Shown in pieces: positions 61,337 through 64,000 of a stretch of DNA of 64,000 bases; position 1 is the stretch's first letter, and each line of letters begins with the position of its first letter. Origin of the DNA: Octopus vulgaris. Taxonomy: Eukaryota. The DNA lies in the NCBI GenBank assembly GCA_951406725.2, contig OX597828.1, forward strand, positions 71,238,001 through 71,302,000, read 5' to 3'. Below the pieces are notes generated by a model. That model was not told the origin of the DNA. It made no database searches and saw only the letters and a program-made list of their open reading frames with translations. The position numbers were made by a program, and so were the translations under genes.

Positions 61337-64000
61337 CATTTGTGTGCGTGTGTACATACATATATATTATACATTCATATATATCCATACATGTTCTCAT
61401 ATATGTGTGTGAATATATATATATATATATACATACATATATATACACATACACACACAATGTATATATGTATGTGTGTATGTATGTATATATATATATA
61501 TAATACATACACACACACATATGTTCATTTATGTGTAGACACATACATTGAGTATAACATGTGATGTGACTCTCTAAACTTTGTAGGATGCACCCCTGTT
61601 GGCCGAGGGTTCCCCATATCAGGTTATTGTTTACCAACTTTCTTCTATAATCTTGGTGACTGTCCCTCAATATGGGCCCTGCCAGTTGTCCTACTCAAAA
61701 GAAACCAAACGGGATTACAGGTTACAAATAACGACCCTACTTGTCCCCTTTCTTGTGTGATTTAATCAGGCTTTTTATTTCTTTATTTCATTGTTTTGTT
61801 ATTAAATCTGATAAAAAAAAAACAATTTTTCTTTTGTTTATTTTTTTTTTTTTTTTTCGTTTTGAATTTTTCTTTTTCCTGAATTCCACCAACCACCATT
61901 TTAATTATTATCATTATCATTAATGTGAACTGGCAGAAATTTTATCCTGCCAGACAATGCCTACCAGCGTTTTGTTTGTCTCTATGTTCTGAGTTCATTT
62001 TCTGCTGAGGTCATCTTTGCCTTTCATCCTTTCAGGGTTACAAAATAAGTACCAGGGTTGCTGTAATCAACTCCCCCCCCCCCCCAAGATTTCAGGCCTT
62101 CTACCTTTAGCTATTATTATTATTATTATTAGTAGTAATAGTAGTATTGTCAGCTTCTGAGGTTTCTGAGCTGGCTCAGTGGTTAAGTGCATTGAAAAAA
62201 ATGCTTAACAGCATACCTTACAGCTCTTTATGTTCTGAGTTCAAATCCTGCAGAGGTTGACTTTATCTTTCATTTCGGGGTTGAGAAAATAAGTACCACT
62301 CATATACTGGGGTCAATGTAATCAACTTACCCAGTCTTCTAAAGTTGCTGGCTTTGTGCCAAATTTTTGTAGCCATTATTATTATTATTACCACCATTAA
62401 CAGTTTGTCATCATTATTATTATTAAATGTAAACATTTTCATACTGTGAAATATTTTTTCTCCAGAATCTGTATTTCTACATTCTTGAAAGGAAACCAAT
62501 AATTTTCCATCTTCTAACCAATACTAACTAAACTTTGTTTTCCCATAACATTTTCTGTATCCTTATTTGTTCCCTTATTGTAAATTCTCTGTCCCTTGTC
62601 TTTCTCCTTCTTGTTAATCTCATGCAACCATCAAGAATGTCAATCTACTGAAATTCCATTCCCGTCTGAGTTCTTCCTGTGGGTGATTTTGTTTGAAAGA
62701 AAATGTTGTGCTCTTAGCTTTTGCAGGTCCTCTGTGACTGGTGACTTTGATTTGTTTGTTTTGGGACATCAACTTACTGCAGGAGAAACAGGGTCTTGGA
62801 GGACAGAATGCACAGTGAAATGCTAGGCAGTGTCTGGGAGACGAGATCAGAACCTGAGTGGAGGTAGAACAAGATCTGACTAGTTTCAGAGGATCTCTTT
62901 AAACCACTGGTACTGTTGCTTCCTCCTGTTTTTTAAAACCAAAATATTGAGAACAAAATAATCCCAACCCTTCCTACAAACACCTGATTAGTTAACCGCA
63001 TGGCTAATAATCAAACTGAACCACTTTTAATTATTTTTTTCATATCAGTTTCTGTGAGGGCCCTTCAGCTCTTGTGTCAGGAAAAGAACTCTGTGGCTGT
63101 GGTTCTCAAACTTCACAGCCCTGCTACCACTGAACTAAATGCCTCTGGCCACCATTTATAGCACTTAGTTCTGTTCCACACACATAGCAACTGATGCAGA
63201 GCCAGTCACGTACCAAACTGTCTTTAATAAACCTGAAAAGTAGCAAACCGGTCCTGACCAATGGCAGAAGCTTCAGGGACACTTGGACAACCACAGTAGT
63301 TCCATGTATTTATTATCCTTACAACTAGGTTACATGTGAAAGACAGGAAACCCCTGTTAGGGTGGCTGGAAATAGATGAACCTGTTTTATAGATGCTCAA
63401 CAATACACTTCCTGATAGATATATTAAGACTGAATGGTCATGGCTGGAAGGCCTCATGTCTTGTCTTAATACAAGTGAAACGTTCTTTTCATTTTTTTTT
63501 TTAGGGCCATTTCACTCATATTAAACATTTGTGTACCTACTTTTGGCCCACCCCTGTACTGTATATCATTTCAGACCAGATTGACAAATGATACAGAAAC
63601 TCTGTGTGGCGGGGGGGTTCTAAATACTTATTTCTGACCCTGGGGCTTGATTTTACTAGGCCTGGCCTATCTGCCTCATCGTCTACCCACACTAACGTCT
63701 ATTTTACTCTGAGCTGTCAACCCAACTCAAACCAGGTTGGCGTAAGTTTAAAGTTACATCTATTTCTTGATATTCATATCTATTTCATAAAACGTTTCCT
63801 AGGAAACGGAGGATGGACTGGATAATATAAAGGCTGTGGTCGGTGGGGAAGCAAAAAAGTGCATCACTAACCAAGGGAGACAACTGGAGCAAGCTTTTAA
63901 CAGATTGATAAAAATGTCGGTTTAGCTGACTTGTTAGATCTAAATCGGAGTCAACACTGGCCGAGGTAGTGTTTTCTTTTTGTTTTGGTTTTTTTTCGAC

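Noticed and set aside
63200-63560. Possible Tc1/IS630-like fossil with one TIR-like end (..ttttggcccacccctgta)
   Set aside because: No partner TIR found and protein similarity is too weak to support.

Overview
AT-rich, microsatellite- and SINE-dense eukaryotic DNA. The repeat families look like those of Octopus (coleoid cephalopod); this is inferred from memory of the repeats, not from a search. The only well-supported gene is a + strand, 16-coding-exon PCTAIRE-type cyclin-dependent kinase (CDK16/17/18 family, most CDK17-like). I spliced it by hand from ATG 30385 to TGA 54615: 1458 nt, 485 aa with a 72-nt candidate cassette exon, 461 aa without. All junctions are GT-AG and phase-consistent. 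Nearly all ORF-track entries are artefacts of repeats. The rest is introns and UTR filled with tRNA-type SINEs, RTE- and CR1-type LINE 3' ends, piggyBac- and hAT-type MITEs, a non-autonomous Helitron, a mariner fossil and minisatellites. Main leads: (1) an intact minimal type I hammerhead ribozyme in the loop of a perfect 95-bp fold-back inserted in (TA)n, with a second fold-back and decayed hammerhead relatives; (2) a distal exon encoding MGCAGS..., a myristoylation/palmitoylation-type N-terminus that splices in phase to kinase exon 2; (3) a symmetric 24-aa cassette exon next to the KRLSLP motif; (4) a uORF whose stop overlaps the kinase start. Repeat boundaries are approximate.
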